Below are positions 46,163 to 58,623 of a DNA stretch of 64,000 nt, piece after piece. The stretch covers positions 9,104 to 73,103 of the forward strand of contig CAWEVE010000012.1 of the NCBI GenBank assembly GCA_963812465.1, written 5' to 3'. The stretch is from Terriglobia bacterium (GTDB taxonomy: Bacteria; Acidobacteriota; Terriglobia; Terriglobales; Acidobacteriaceae). Each line of letters begins with the position of its first letter. Positions within the stretch are counted from its first letter, which is position 1. Under the pieces are notes generated by a model, which made no database searches, was not told the origin of the DNA, and saw nothing but the letters and a program-made list of their open reading frames with translations. The translations under genes and the position numbers were made by a program.

Positions 46163-46901
46163 CTACCGCTGCGGAATTACTAGCTCAAACTTGCGGTCGC
46201 CGCCCGCGACTTTGGTTCTGGCTTCATTCTCCGCCTGCTTCTCTACCGCATTGAGTTCCTTTTCGATCGATGAGAAGCGGCGCAGGATTTCGTGCATGCG
46301 CACGGCCATGTTGCGGATGGTTTCAATTTGCGAGCGCGCGCCGGCGGAAAGTGCTCCGGGCTCGAGCAAGAGAAGCTCGGAGTTGCCCAGAACCGAGGTC
46401 AGCGAATTGTTCAGGGTATGCCGCACTTCAGCATGTAACGGCCCAACGCAGCCTGTTGCTCCAGCGATTTTCTGGCGTGCTCGGCTCGTTGAGCGCGTGC
46501 CGTGGCTTGACCCAGCAGCAATATTTCGGTCGCGACCAGAACCAAAGCGTCCAGCCAGCCTTCCTGCTGCTGCAGCACTCGGATTCCAGCGTGGATCTCG
46601 CGAGCCTGCTCGGCGGATCGCTTTCCTTCGCGCACAAACAATACCGGCTGGCCTGCCGGATCGAGCGCTCGGAATACAGCCGGGAAGAATTTCCGGCGCG
46701 AACGGCTCCAACGATGGCCAGATCGAAGCCGTCGGCATCGAGATCGCGGCAGATGTCCCCGCTCATCAGGGTAAATGCCGGCGCGTTCCGCTCTCCCTGC
46801 CAACGATCCATTACGGCGCGTGAAAAATCCGCGTCGTCGGAAATTATCAATGCCGTGGCCTGATCCAAATTCTTGCTCCGTTCCCTGGTCGTCCGCCTCA
46901 A
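46163..46901 (-). pseudogene. Receiver-like domain fused to a HisKA-type dimerisation/phosphotransfer domain, no ATPase domain (2 frame breaks, ~46695 and ~46430)
   Basis: REC-like ALIISDDADFSRAV...FDLAIVGAV, then PVLFVREGK...QQQEGW, a coiled coil, and the H-box (Y)MLEVRHTLNNSLTSVLGNSELLLLE. No HATPase_c domain follows before the stop. Confidence 0.6.
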
Positions 46902-46944
46902 AGATCGTCTGCCCGAAAATTCCTTGTCCGACGAAAGTCAGCGC

Positions 46945-48000
46945 CTAGGCTTTGTCGTCGTCCTCTGGATCTTGTGGAGTGGCAGACGCCTCTTCATCCC
47001 ACGCAGGAACGCTCTTGACCTCGAATTCCGCGGCATCGGAATCGGCCGTCGCAAAGTGCGCGCTGGCGGCCGCCGCCTTGGCCCGCCCGGCTGGCTTGAC
47101 CGGACGACTGCTCGCTTTCTTTCCGGTCCGTGCCAGCGCCGCATCCATCACGTTGCGAAGATCTACCAGCATGCGCAACGGCTGGCCCGAAGAATACTCG
47201 GCGTGGAACATCACCTTCCAGGACTGGCAGATCATGCGCAGCCGGTCCACCGGTTCGTCGGCTGAAAATTGCGCCGAGCGGCAATCCAGCGTGTTCACGC
47301 CGCGTGCTTCAAGCTCGCGCAATCCATCAAGAATGGTGTTCAGATCGTTGTGCATGAGGCGGAAGAAAACCCGCCGCATCAGGAAGCTGAAACGGGTGAA
47401 TGCCACCATCGCGACCGGCTCGAAGTAGTTTTCTCGGTGGAGCTCTTGAGCTTTCTGCCCTTTTCCAGGGTGCCGCTGGTGAGCAGTTCATTCAAACTTC
47501 GGCATCCGTCGGCGGCCTGGATGAAATCATCGAGCGGCTGCAGCCAGGAGGGAAGAAACAGGTCGACACTTCCCAGAACCGGCTCCAGCGTCTGGGCCAC
47601 ATAAGCCAGATCCACGTCGGCATCTTCCAGACGCGAGGGAGCGCAGTGGGAAAAGTACTGGACCAGCAGAAAATCAATCTTGTCGCGATCCGCGTCCAGG
47701 CGGGTTGCGCGGTGCAGATGGTGCTCGAGCAGAGTCTGCAGCCCTTCTTCGCTGGTCAGGTTCGTGGTTTGCAGGAACTGGCGCAATTGATGGACCTGGA
47801 TCTTCTGATCCATCTCCAGGAACCACTGGCGCGCCTGCTCGACCGACTCCTGCTGGCGGATCTTCCATGCCAGCTTCGAGGTCGTCACAAGCCGGCAGTT
47901 CGATGACGAACTCGCGTGCCAATGCGCTGTACAGAGGATGGAGCAGGCGCGCTTCGCGCCACTCCGCTGCCAGGTCCTTCTTTTTCGGTGTCACAGTCAT
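46945..48000 (-). pseudogene. Hypothetical protein (~350 aa; frame breaks ~47885 and ~47400)
   Basis: Three ORF pieces (47674-48000, 47379-47888, 46945-47409) join into one protein-like sequence with an acidic C-terminus. The start overlaps the upstream stop (ATGA at 48000-47997). No family recognised. Confidence 0.5.
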
Positions 48001-48473
48001 GGTTTCACGATCCAGTTGGAGACTTCCTGAGTAAAGCGGGCGGCAACGGCAGTGCGTCCGCTGGTGTATTGCAAGGCCACTACGGAAGCTTCCGCGTCCA
48101 GCGTGCCATCGGAATTCTGCAGCCGCAGCATGTCCGCAAATTCCAGCGGCAAGGTCGAAGAAAACAGCACTTCACGAGCCGTGCCGAATTCGATCACGGT
48201 GCTTTCGCTGGCCGCGTTTCCCTCCCCCACCACGCGAGTCAGGCGCACCGGAATGCGTACCGGACTGGCCTCCGGAAAGAACTTTGCCAACTTGGCCGTG
48301 CAGCTTTCCTGCCGGACGCGAGCTCTGCCTGTGGCCTGTGTGGGCACCGCCGTACCTCGTGTTGTCCAGGGTCGACGCGGCCTGGGTCCCCCGGCCTGCC
48401 GGTTAGCATGGCGTGGGCACCCGGACCGCATCGGAAGGAAAGGATGCACGAGCCCCACCAAAGTCGGAGGCAT
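47997..48473 (-). CDS. Hypothetical protein (C-terminal ~85 aa beta-rich, possibly PilZ-like; N-terminus unreliable)
   Basis: Only the C-terminal part (VRIPVRLTRVVGEGNAASESTVIEFGTAREVLFSS...VVALQYTSGRTAVAARF) is protein-like. The Arg/Pro-rich N-terminal half suggests a further frame break or a later start. It is translationally coupled to the next gene. Confidence 0.35.
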   Translation of the reverse strand: MPPTLVGLVHPFLPMRSGCPRHANRQAGGPRPRRPWTTRGTAVPTQATGRARVRQESCTAKLAKFFPEASPVRIPVRLTRVVGEGNAASESTVIEFGTAREVLFSSTLPLEFADMLRLQNSDGTLDAEASVVALQYTSGRTAVAARFTQEVSNWIVKP

Positions 48474-48597
48474 GGCAATAATTTACGTAAGTTGATTGAT
48501 TAATATGGAGAAATAGTGGAAGAACGCAGGGTAACAGTTTCAGGCCAATGTCAAGCCTTTGTCTCACAATGAAACATCGTCTCACGGTTGCTGGCAA

Positions 48598-50003
<1,406 letters not shown>

Positions 50004-50007
<4 letters not shown>

Positions 50008-50408
50008 TGTGCTTTCCCCATAGTTTTTTCGACGACTGAGATAAACTGCTGCACCCGAAATGGCTTCTCCACGCAGGGAGCGCCGGTCTCGCGCAGCGTG
50101 GCCACGGTTTCTTCATTGGCGATATCGCCGGTGATGAAGACGATGCGAGCCGCCAGTTCGGGACGGTGCTGCGCTACCCAGGCATGGACGTCGGCGCCGT
50201 TGACTCCTCCCGGCGTGCGCATGTCGGAAACCACGCCCAGAAATTCTCCCGACTCCAGCAGCCGCACACCTTCGGCTCCGGATTCGGCGCATACCACGGA
50301 GTAGCCGTTGCGCTCCAGCGTGGCGCGGACGTAGGCCATCACCGCCGGCTCATCCTCGATCAGCAGTACCGGCAAGATTGCGGGTTTGGTGACAGGTTGT
50401 GTGCTCAT
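50004..50408 (-). CDS. Response regulator, receiver domain only
   Basis: Internal ATG at 50408 overlaps the kinase stop (ATGA). VLLIEDEP...VVSDMRTPG...EKPF are receiver motifs. Confidence 0.85.
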
Positions 50409-53400
50409 CTTTGTATGACTCCGGCAGCGGCCCCGACCGAGGCCGCTTCTGGCGTGGCGGGAAGGCGCACGACGAAGGTCGCGCCCCGCCCGCCGGTGTT
50501 GTTGTGGCAAAGAATCTCGCCGCCATGCTCGTGCACAATGCCGTAGCAGATGCTCAATCCCAGGCCCGTTCCTTTGCCCACTTCCTTGGTGGTGAAGAAG
50601 GGATCGAAGATGCGGTCAGGGTGCGAGATTCCAGGCCCGTTGTCGCGAAAGGAGATCTCGACCGAGTTGCCCTTGCGCGTGGTCGCAATCTCGATCCGCG
50701 CCGGGCGGCCAGTTTCGCTGACCGCGTCATAGGCGTTGTTCAGAATATTCAGGAACACCTGCTGCAATTGGTGCGAATCCCCAATCACGCTGGGCAGTTC
50801 CTGATCCAGATGTTCGACGACTTCCACGCCGTGGCTCTGGAAGTCGTAAGAGCGCAGTTGAACCGTGCGCCGCAGGATCGGATTCAGCTGCACCGGCTTT
50901 GCGCTGCGGCGGCATCTGCCGGGCAAAGCTGAGCAGGTTCTGCACGATCTGCTTGGTGCGCTGCGCTTCCTGCAGGATGACTCGCAGATCCTTGCGCGCG
51001 CTTTCCGGAACCTCGGGATTTTCCATCAAGCAGGTCGGCGAAGCCGAGGATCGCGGTGAGCGGGATTGTTGACCTCATGGGCGACGCCGGAAACCAGCTG
51101 TCCGACCGCCGCCATCTTCTCCGCGTGCATCAGTTTGGATTGCAGGCTGGCGGCATCGGTAACGTCGGTCATCACCACCACCATGCTGGTGACCTGGGAC
51201 TGCTCATCGCGCATGGGGCTCAGGTTGACGGAGAAATGTCCGATCCTCCCATCTCCGCGCAGGATCTGCAGATCCAGATTGTCCACCTGGCGTCCGGCCA
51301 GAGTGGCGCTGAAAGCCTCGCTGAGAATCGAGCGCGGCGAGCCGGGCGCCACCAGGTCTTCCAGCGGCCGTCCCAGCAACTGTTTCTGCTCGTAGCCCAT
51401 GTCATGCCAGCGCCGGTTGGCGTAGCTGATGAGTCCGGCCGTGTCCGCCACCAGAATCAGGCTCTGGGTGTTGTTCAGGATCTTGCCGGAGAAGTCGCGC
51501 TCGCGCTGCAGTTCCGACTGGAAGTTCTTCAGTCCGCTGATATCGAGCATCAGGCCGCGGTACTGCGTGACCCGGCCCTGGCTGTCGCGCACCGCGAAGG
51601 CGTTGATCAGGACATAAACCACCGATCCGTCACGGCGGCGCAGCGTCTCTTCGTGATTGCGCACCACGCCGTGTTCCTGCATCTGCCGGGCAAGTTCCTC
51701 GTGCCGTTCGGCCGAGAAATAAACCTGGGTGCGAACGTCCGCCTGCAGCAATTCTTCCCGGCTGCCATAGCCCAGCATGCGGACCAGCGCGTCGTTCACC
51801 TCGATGAAGCGGCCATCCGGCGTGGAAAAAAAGAGCCCTTCCTGAATGTTGTCGAACAGTTCGCGATAGCGGTGTTCCACCTCCCGGCGGTCGCTGATGT
51901 CCTTGAGCACGTGGATGGTTTGCATTCCCTCGCTGCTGGCGCCGTGCACCCGCGAAGTGGAAACCAGGTAGGTGCGCTCCAGCACGGGATGAACGTACTC
52001 GTCGTCGCCTTCGCCGTGCTGCGGCAGAACGGGCAGGAGCGCATGGCGGCGCATTGCCCATGGCCAGCAGGGCGGACATGTTGACCCCGATCAGATCCTG
52101 CGGCGTGGCTCCGATGAAATCGGCCAGCGAGCGGTTGACCCGCAAAACGTTGCCGGCCTCGTCGTGGGCCACGATGAAATCGCTGATGGCGTCGAAGATT
52201 TCGATCCAGTGCCGGTTGGCCTGATCCATGCGGGTAAACAGGCGGGCATTTTCCAGCGCGACCGCGGCATGTCCCGCAATGGCTTGCAGGACCTGTTCGT
52301 CTTCATTCGCGCCCGCCAGAGTCTGTGCGACGCCCCCGAGACACAGCACCCGACCAGTTCTCCCGAAGCTCCCAGCAGCCGCACCAGGATGTAATTAGTC
52401 GCCGCCGATCTCCGAAGCCAAGCGCTGGGCCTAACAATTCCGCCGTCGCGGCAGAGACGATCGCTCCTTTATGTTGGGCCAGAGCGTCTTCAATGGCATG
52501 ACTGAAGCGCCGCAGCAGCGACGGCTCCTGAATTTCCTGTCCGTCGGCACTCTGCAGGACCAGGGTTTCCAGGCCGGTTTCCTGCTTGACGGCAAGCGCT
52601 GCCCTGACGCGCGCCCACAATGTTTGCGGCACGGCTGACAAAATTCCGGGCGAACTCGGGAAGCCTCAGGTGGGAATTGAGTTCCAGGGCCAGCCCCATC
52701 AGAGACTCGGCTCTGCTGGCGGTGCTACTCGGATTGGTGAAGGTTTCGAGTCACTTCCAGCGCGACGGCAACTTGTGCCGCCAGCGCCCGGGCGCGACGA
52801 ATGTCTTCCTGCGAGATGCCGGCCCCATCCAGCCGATCCAGCACGCCGAACATGCCCAGGACTTCGCCGCGAGTGTCCAGCAGCGGAACGGTCAACAATT
52901 GCCGCACGTTGAAGCTGGCGAGAAGCTCCAGATGAGCTCCGGGAAGTTTGCTGGGATCGTCGGACCAGAACACTTCCTGGTTGAGCAAGGCGCGGCTGGC
53001 CGGTCCGTCGGGAAGCTCGAAATCCACCTGCCTCGGGCTTGCCATTTTCCGCGCCCCAGCGCACTCGGAAGATGCCATTTTCCAGAAGACCGATAAAGCC
53101 GCGCCCGAAACCCAGAAAGTCCGCGGCGCGCAAGGCAAAGCGCTGCAGGAATTCATCCAGCTGTCCGATGGAGCCGAGCTCGGCCGAGATATCCAGCAGT
53201 TGGTGGAGTTCGTGAGCCTGCGCCCGGGCGGTGTTGCAAAGCTCCGCATTGGCGATCGCCACCGCCCCGAAGCCGGTGACCACGGAGACCAGCGACTTCT
53301 CCTCCGTGGTGAAGACGCCTTCCGGGCGCGGATAAACCAGCACTGCACCCTGGGCGACGGAGGTGCGGAAGGGCGCGGCGATCAGCATTCCGGGAGGCAC

Positions 53401-54272
53401 CAGGTCGCCCAGTGCGTGAGTTGCGGGATCGATGGCTACGCTGATGGGTTCGCCCGCCGCTACCGCCCGGCTGGCCAGATCCGCGGCGAACTGCAATCCC
53501 CGTCGATCGTGGCGGGACCGCACCGAGGCTGCCAATTGGGGAGATTCGGCGGCAACCGCGCGCAGGCTGAAACCAGCGCCCTCCCGCAGCAGCATGCAAA
53601 CCAGGCGGGTGCGCAAAAGCACCCGCAGCCGGTCGGCGACGGCCTCGACCACAGCCGCGGATTCCGGTGCGGAGCGCAGAGCCTGCGCCACTTCCGCCAG
53701 AATCTCGGTGCGTCGATGCTCCTCGCGGGAAACCTGGGTAAGACGGCGGGCTTCCAGCAGACTGCCCAGTTGTCCAGCCAGAATCGTGGCCTTGGCCGCC
53801 AGGTCTTCATTGAAGAAATCCGGATCGGAGGAGTGCAGAAATGTTGTCGCCCCGATGACTTCGTTTCCGACCACCAGGGGCGCCGCCATAATCGACAGGG
53901 CGCGAAATTCCGCAGCCATGCGGTAGGTGGACAGGATCCAGACGGTTTTCGTAGAGGGTTTTGCGCTTCCGGATGGCTTCGATCGCGATAGCCACCGAAT
54001 TTTGGGTGGCCTTGAGCCTCGTGCCCCGGAAACGGTCGGCCATCAACCCATCGGCTTCGGCTCCCACCAGCTCGTCGCCGGAAACCCACTGCCAGAAATA
54101 TGCTCCATCCACCTGAAAGAACTCGCGCGTTGCCTGGCAAAACAAACGGATCATTGCGTGCGCCGAGGTTCCTTCGAGCGGCTGCGGCGGAGAATTTGAG
54201 GAGTAGCCGTTGAAAAGCGTCGTCCGACCGCGGATTGCCGCCTTGCACCACGGTCGCGTCTCCGGCTGACAT
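50405..54272 (-). pseudogene. Multi-GAF/PAS sensor histidine kinase (~1290 aa; about 10 or more frame breaks)
   Basis: The chain of ORFs 53460-54272, 53807-54154, 52699-53919, 52725-53348, 52490-52699, 52303-52641, 52091-52384, 51630-52349, 51026-52054, 50884-51078, 50727-51029 and 50405-50926 reads through several GAF modules (for example LVRLLGASGELVG-VLCLGG...HAAVALENARLF). Two PAS modules follow (ELFDNIQEGLFFSTPDGRFIEVN and ILNNTQSLILVADTAGLISYAN). It ends with HisKA (GVAHEVNNP-LTAILGFADLL) and HATPase_c (RDNGPGI...FDPFFTTKEVGKGTGLGLS). Confidence 0.8.
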
Positions 54273-54344
54273 GGTCAGAGTGCCATCGCTCCAAGGTGAA
54301 TAGACTTTACAAGTAGTTGAATATAAAACAAATTAGACTGCATT

Positions 54345-54431
54345 CTCAATTTGAGTCAAGGACAAAAGGGGTCGGGTGCCGAGTTGTGAAACGCCCGTGG
54401 CGACGAGGCGTGACCCGTGTCTCAAACTGAG
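54345..54431. promoter_or_regulatory. Two copies of the palindrome CTCA-N3-TGAG (possible activator binding sites)
   Basis: ctcaatttgag (54345-54355) and ctcaaactgag (54421-54431). Centres are 76 bp apart, 140-220 bp upstream of the sigma-54 promoter at 54567. These are short motifs and could occur by chance. Confidence 0.25.
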
Positions 54432-54566
54432 ATGAATAGGGTTGATGAGACAATTCTTAAGCTCGATTCCACGCCTCGGTCCTGAGGTCATGGTAACTAC
54501 TAAGCCTAAGAAAATAAATAATTTACGACAGATGAAGGCCATATTTTCTGGCGCGTGACGGCGGGC

Positions 54567-54582
54567 TGGCATCGGCATTGCA
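54567..54582 (+). promoter_or_regulatory. Sigma-54 (-24/-12) promoter
   Basis: TGGCAT-CGGCA-TTGCA is a near-perfect match to TGGCAC-N5-TTGCA with exact GG-N10-GC spacing. It is intergenic, 40-55 nt upstream of the first start codon of the che-cluster transcription unit. Confidence 0.7.
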
Positions 54583-54620
54583 CTTGAGCCGACGGGGAAT
54601 CCCCCTGCTCGGAGAGACTT

Positions 54621-55055
54621 GTGTCCTTGGCCAAGATGCAGCAGTGGACGATGAATCTGATTGTGGGATTGCTGGCGCTTACGTTGGGTCGGCGATGGTT
54701 GGCCCCTATGCAGTCGCGGCTCAGGACAGCGGGGCTCACGACGCCGTTGCTCATGAAGCCGCGGTTCATGAGGAAACAAAGCATGACGAAACAAAGAGCG
54801 ATGAACTGACCCGGAAGCCAAAGACCAAGGTGTCGCCTGTCTATCCCGAAATTGCCCGGCGCATGAGCATTACCGGACACGGTGCGGTTGGCGGTGGTCG
54901 TGGCTCCCAACGGCACGGTGAAGAGCTCAAAGGCGGTAGGCGGCCATCCCATGCTGGTCAATGCGGCCACAGGACGCCATGCGGCAGTGGCGATTCGAAC
55001 CCGCCGCGACCGAGAGCAGCGGAATCGTGGAATTCAAGTTTCAGCCGCAGGAGTA
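54621..55055 (+). pseudogene. Small secreted TonB_C-domain protein (3 frame breaks)
   Basis: Signal peptide MNLIVGLLALTLG, then AMVGPYAVAAQDS...KPKTKVSPVYPEIARRMSITG, then TVRLAVVVAPNGTVKSSKAVGGHPMLVNAAT, then DAMRQWRFEPAATESSGIVEFKFQPQE-stop. Together these form a TonB C-terminal-type fold motif. Confidence 0.6.
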
Positions 55056-55133
55056 GAGCGAGGGACTAACCAGCGGGGAGTTCGCCCCGCGCCCCAGGAA
55101 GCGCGCAGCAGAGAGTGGATAGCGGAGGAACAA

Positions 55134-57144
55134 ATGACGATCGGCAAGAAACTTTATCTAAGCTTCGGGGCCGTCCTTGTCATGGTCGTGGTGCTGCTTG
55201 CCGTGAACCTGTGGTCGGTGCACCGCGAACACAGCGCCAAAGCCTGCCGCATCCCAGGCCCTGGAACTGGCAGACGCCACCGACAAAATCAGATTTCAGA
55301 TGATGCAGAACCGCCTGTATCTGACCAACTACCTTCTCAGCGGCGACAGCCGGGAATCCGACCACGTAAACGACGGAATTCGCACCTTCTCGGACCGGAT
55401 GCAGCCGCGACCAGCCCTTTCCACTTCGGAGCAACAGCGAACTGCGCTGGCCAAAGTGCAGCAGACCGAACAGAACTGGGCCCGGGACTTCGCCGAACCG
55501 CTGATGCAAAAGCGGAAAGAGGTGGATCAGGGAAACTCCACCGTAGCCGAACTGCAAATCTTCTACCTGCAGAAAGATGCCGGCAGCTGGGTCAAGACCT
55601 CGACCGAATATCTGGACATGGCTGACCAGGAAAGCAAGAAGGTGCTGGAAGAGCGGCGAAGCGACGACGAAGCGCGCCAGCAACTGGACCATCGGAATCG
55701 CGCTGTTCAGCACGCTGGCTGCCTTGGTTCTGGGCGGGGTCATCGCCTTCCGCACCGCCAAATCCATCACCGAACCGCTGAGCCGATCTGATGAAGGTCA
55801 CGAAACAGATCGGCACTGCGGGTGATCTGGATCACGAAATCGACATCAAGCGTAAGGACGAAATCGGCGAATTGGGCCGGACCTTCAACGGCATGGTCGC
55901 ATATCTCCGGGAGATGGCGTCGGTCTCCGAAGCCATCGCCGGCGGAAATCTTTCGGTGGAAGTGAAGCCCCGTTCGAAGGATGACACCCTGGGCAACGCC
56001 TTCGTGCGCATGGTGGACGGGCTGCAGAAACCTGGTGCGAAACGTTCGCGATGCCGCATCCCAGGTAGCCAGCGCTTCCAGCCAGGTGGCGGGCGCGTCC
56101 GACGATTCCGCCAAGGTCAGCCTGCAGACCGCCTCCGCCATCGACGAAGTAACCAGCACCATGCACGAGATGAGCGTCAACGTGCAGAACATGGTGAAGA
56201 ACACCCAGACCCAGGCCTCGAGCGTAAGCGAGACCTCGGCTTCGATCGATGAGATGGTGGCCTCGATACAGCGCGTGGCCGACACCGCCAAGGTTCTGCT
56301 GGATATCTCGAACCGGTCGCGGGAAGAAGTCCACAGCGGCATTTCCACCATGGAAAAGGCCACGGACGGCCTGAACAAGATCAACATCACCATTCGCTCC
56401 TCGGGCGAAATCATCGACGTGCTGGGACAGCGCGCCGATGACATCGGAAAAATCATCGAGGTCATTGACGACCTGGCCGAGCAAACCAACCTGCTGGCAT
56501 TGAACGCCGCCATCGAAGCGGCGCGCGCCGGTGAGCACGGACTGGGTTTCGCGGTAGTCGCCGACGAAGTTCGCAAGCTGGCGGAAAAATCCGCCCAGTC
56601 CACCAAGGAAATTTCCGAACTGATCCAGAGCATCCAGAAAGAAGCGCGCAAGGCGGTCGAGAACATGGACCGCAGCACCGGCATCGTGAACGACGGTCTC
56701 GGCCTGGGCCAGGAACTGAATGGCGCCCTGCGCAAAATCTCCAACGTGGTGACCGAGGTCTACAAGTTCGCGCAGGAAATTGGCGCCGCCACCAACGAGC
56801 AGTCGCACGGCTCGTCGCAGATCGCGCGCGCCACCACCCGCTTGAACGAAATTACGCACGAGATCAACTCCGCGGTCGAGGAGCAGGCTTCCGGAGCGCA
56901 GGCCGTAGTGAAAGCCATGGAGCGCATGCGCGAACTGGTGCAGCAGACCACTTCGGGTTCCACCGAACTGGCAGCCTCGGCCGAGCAAATGTCGAAGATG
57001 TCGCGCGAGTTGCTGGACAGCATGCACCGTTTCGCCCTGGAGCAACAGCAGGAGCGTGCCGCCACCCGTTACGAAGAGCATGCGTGCGGCCAACGCTCGG
57101 CGCGCCGCTGCCGGCGCTCGCGTTTAAGTCAGGACTCGACATGA
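55134..57144 (+). pseudogene. Methyl-accepting chemotaxis protein (4 frame breaks: ~55250-55300, ~55640, ~55790, ~56030)
   Basis: ATG 55134 with a GGAGGA RBS. TM1 is LSFGAVLVMVVVLLAVNLW. A helical periplasmic sensor follows, then TM2 (WTIGIALFSTLAALVLGGVIAF) and HAMP (EIGELGRTFNGMVAYL). The signalling hairpin is LLALNAAIEAARAGEHGLGFAVVADEVRKLAEKS. The stop overlaps the cheW ATG (ATGA). Confidence 0.85.
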
Positions 57145-57629
57145 ATCATGAATTTCACATCGTCGGCTTTCAGGTGGGACGCGAAACCTACGGCGTTCCC
57201 ATCACTTCCCTGCACGAGATCGTGCGCGTGCCCGAAATCACCGCCGTGCCCGACGCTCCCGACTACATGGAAGGAGTGATCAACCTGCGCGGCAAGATTG
57301 TTTCGGTGCTCGACCTGCGCAAGCGCTTCGGCGAACCGAAGAAGACGCTCAACCGGCGTAATCGAATTCTGGTGGTGGAACACGGTGGACGGCTCTCCGG
57401 ATTGATCGTCGACTCGGCATCGGAGGTGATCAAGATTCCAGCCGCCGACGTCGAGCCTTCTCCGACCGCCATGCAGGACGGCGGACTCAACTGCGTGACC
57501 GGACTGGGCAAGTACAAAGGCCGCCTGATCGTGCTGCTGGACATGGCCAAGCTGCTGGAAAGCAGCGCAAAAAAAGAGGAATCGGAGCGAGCAAGCGGTG
57601 AGGCGCGCGGCGCTGCCGCCGGCAAGTAA
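57141..57629 (+). CDS. cheW: Chemotaxis coupling protein CheW
   Basis: 162 aa. FQVGRETYGVPITSLHEIVRVPEITAVPDAPDYMEGVINLRGKIVSVLDLRKRF is the CheW family signature. Confidence 0.9.
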   Translation: MNHEFHIVGFQVGRETYGVPITSLHEIVRVPEITAVPDAPDYMEGVINLRGKIVSVLDLRKRFGEPKKTLNRRNRILVVEHGGRLSGLIVDSASEVIKIPAADVEPSPTAMQDGGLNCVTGLGKYKGRLIVLLDMAKLLESSAKKEESERASGEARGAAAGK

Positions 57630-57720
57630 CGGATCGGCGTACGTATGCCGATAGAGATTTCGGGTTAGAGATTTCGCACGAAAGAATTTCGAGTTAGGAC
57701 GCAAGAACGAACTGGAAGCG

Positions 57721-58614
57721 ATGGGCACATCCACGATTGCCGCGCAGTTTACCGAGGCCGAACTCAAGCTTCTGCAGGCCCTCGTCTACCAGGAGTGCGG
57801 CATGCACTTCGACGACCGGCGCACGCATTTCCTGCAGGACCGCCTGCAACGGCGTCTTAAAGAATGCCACCTGGATTCTTTCTACAGCTATTACCGCCTG
57901 CTGATCAGCAAAGAAGGCAAGAACGAACTGGCCCGCTTGCTGGAAAACCTGACCGTCAACGAGACCAGCTTCTTCCGCAACAAGGCGCAGCTGGACCTGT
58001 TCCATAAGCACATTCTCGACGAACTGATTCGCCGCAAGCAGGCGCAACGGGACTACTCGCTGCGCATCTGGAGCGCCGGCTGCTCCACCGGGCAGGAGCC
58101 TTATACCCTGGCCATGCTGGTCGCCGACAGCCTGGCCTATTTCTACCTGCGCAATCCGCTCTCGGTCGCAACCCCGTCACCCAAGCCGCTGATTCCTCCG
58201 CCCTGGAAGGTGGAGATTATCGCCAGCGACATCAGCTACTCGGTATTGCGCGCGGCCCAGGAGGGCATTTACTCCGAAACGCAGATGGCAAGCGTGGATT
58301 ACAGCTACCGGCTGCGCTACTTCGACAAAACCGGCGACCGTTACGCCATCAAGAAGGCGCTCAAGGAAGTGGTGCATTTCGACTTTCACAATCTGAAAAC
58401 CGAATACCTGCCGCAACGCAACGACGTGATCTTCTGCCGCAACGTCATGATGTATTTCGACGAGCCGGAGCAGAAGCGCCTGCTGGAAAAATTCGCCCGC
58501 TGCCTCAATCTACCGGGCTATCTGTTCGTAGGGCACGCCGAGAGCCTGCTGGCGCTGACCGACAAGTTCGTGATGGTGCACCGCAACAGCGGAACCGCGT
58601 ACCAGAAGATCTGA
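57721..58614 (+). CDS. cheR: Chemotaxis protein methyltransferase CheR
   Basis: 297 aa. TVNETSFFRN and the SAM-binding IWSAGCSTGQEPYTLAM...IFCRNVMMYFD. Confidence 0.9.
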   Translation: MGTSTIAAQFTEAELKLLQALVYQECGMHFDDRRTHFLQDRLQRRLKECHLDSFYSYYRLLISKEGKNELARLLENLTVNETSFFRNKAQLDLFHKHILDELIRRKQAQRDYSLRIWSAGCSTGQEPYTLAMLVADSLAYFYLRNPLSVATPSPKPLIPPPWKVEIIASDISYSVLRAAQEGIYSETQMASVDYSYRLRYFDKTGDRYAIKKALKEVVHFDFHNLKTEYLPQRNDVIFCRNVMMYFDEPEQKRLLEKFARCLNLPGYLFVGHAESLLALTDKFVMVHRNSGTAYQKI

Positions 58615-58623
58615 GGTGACGGG

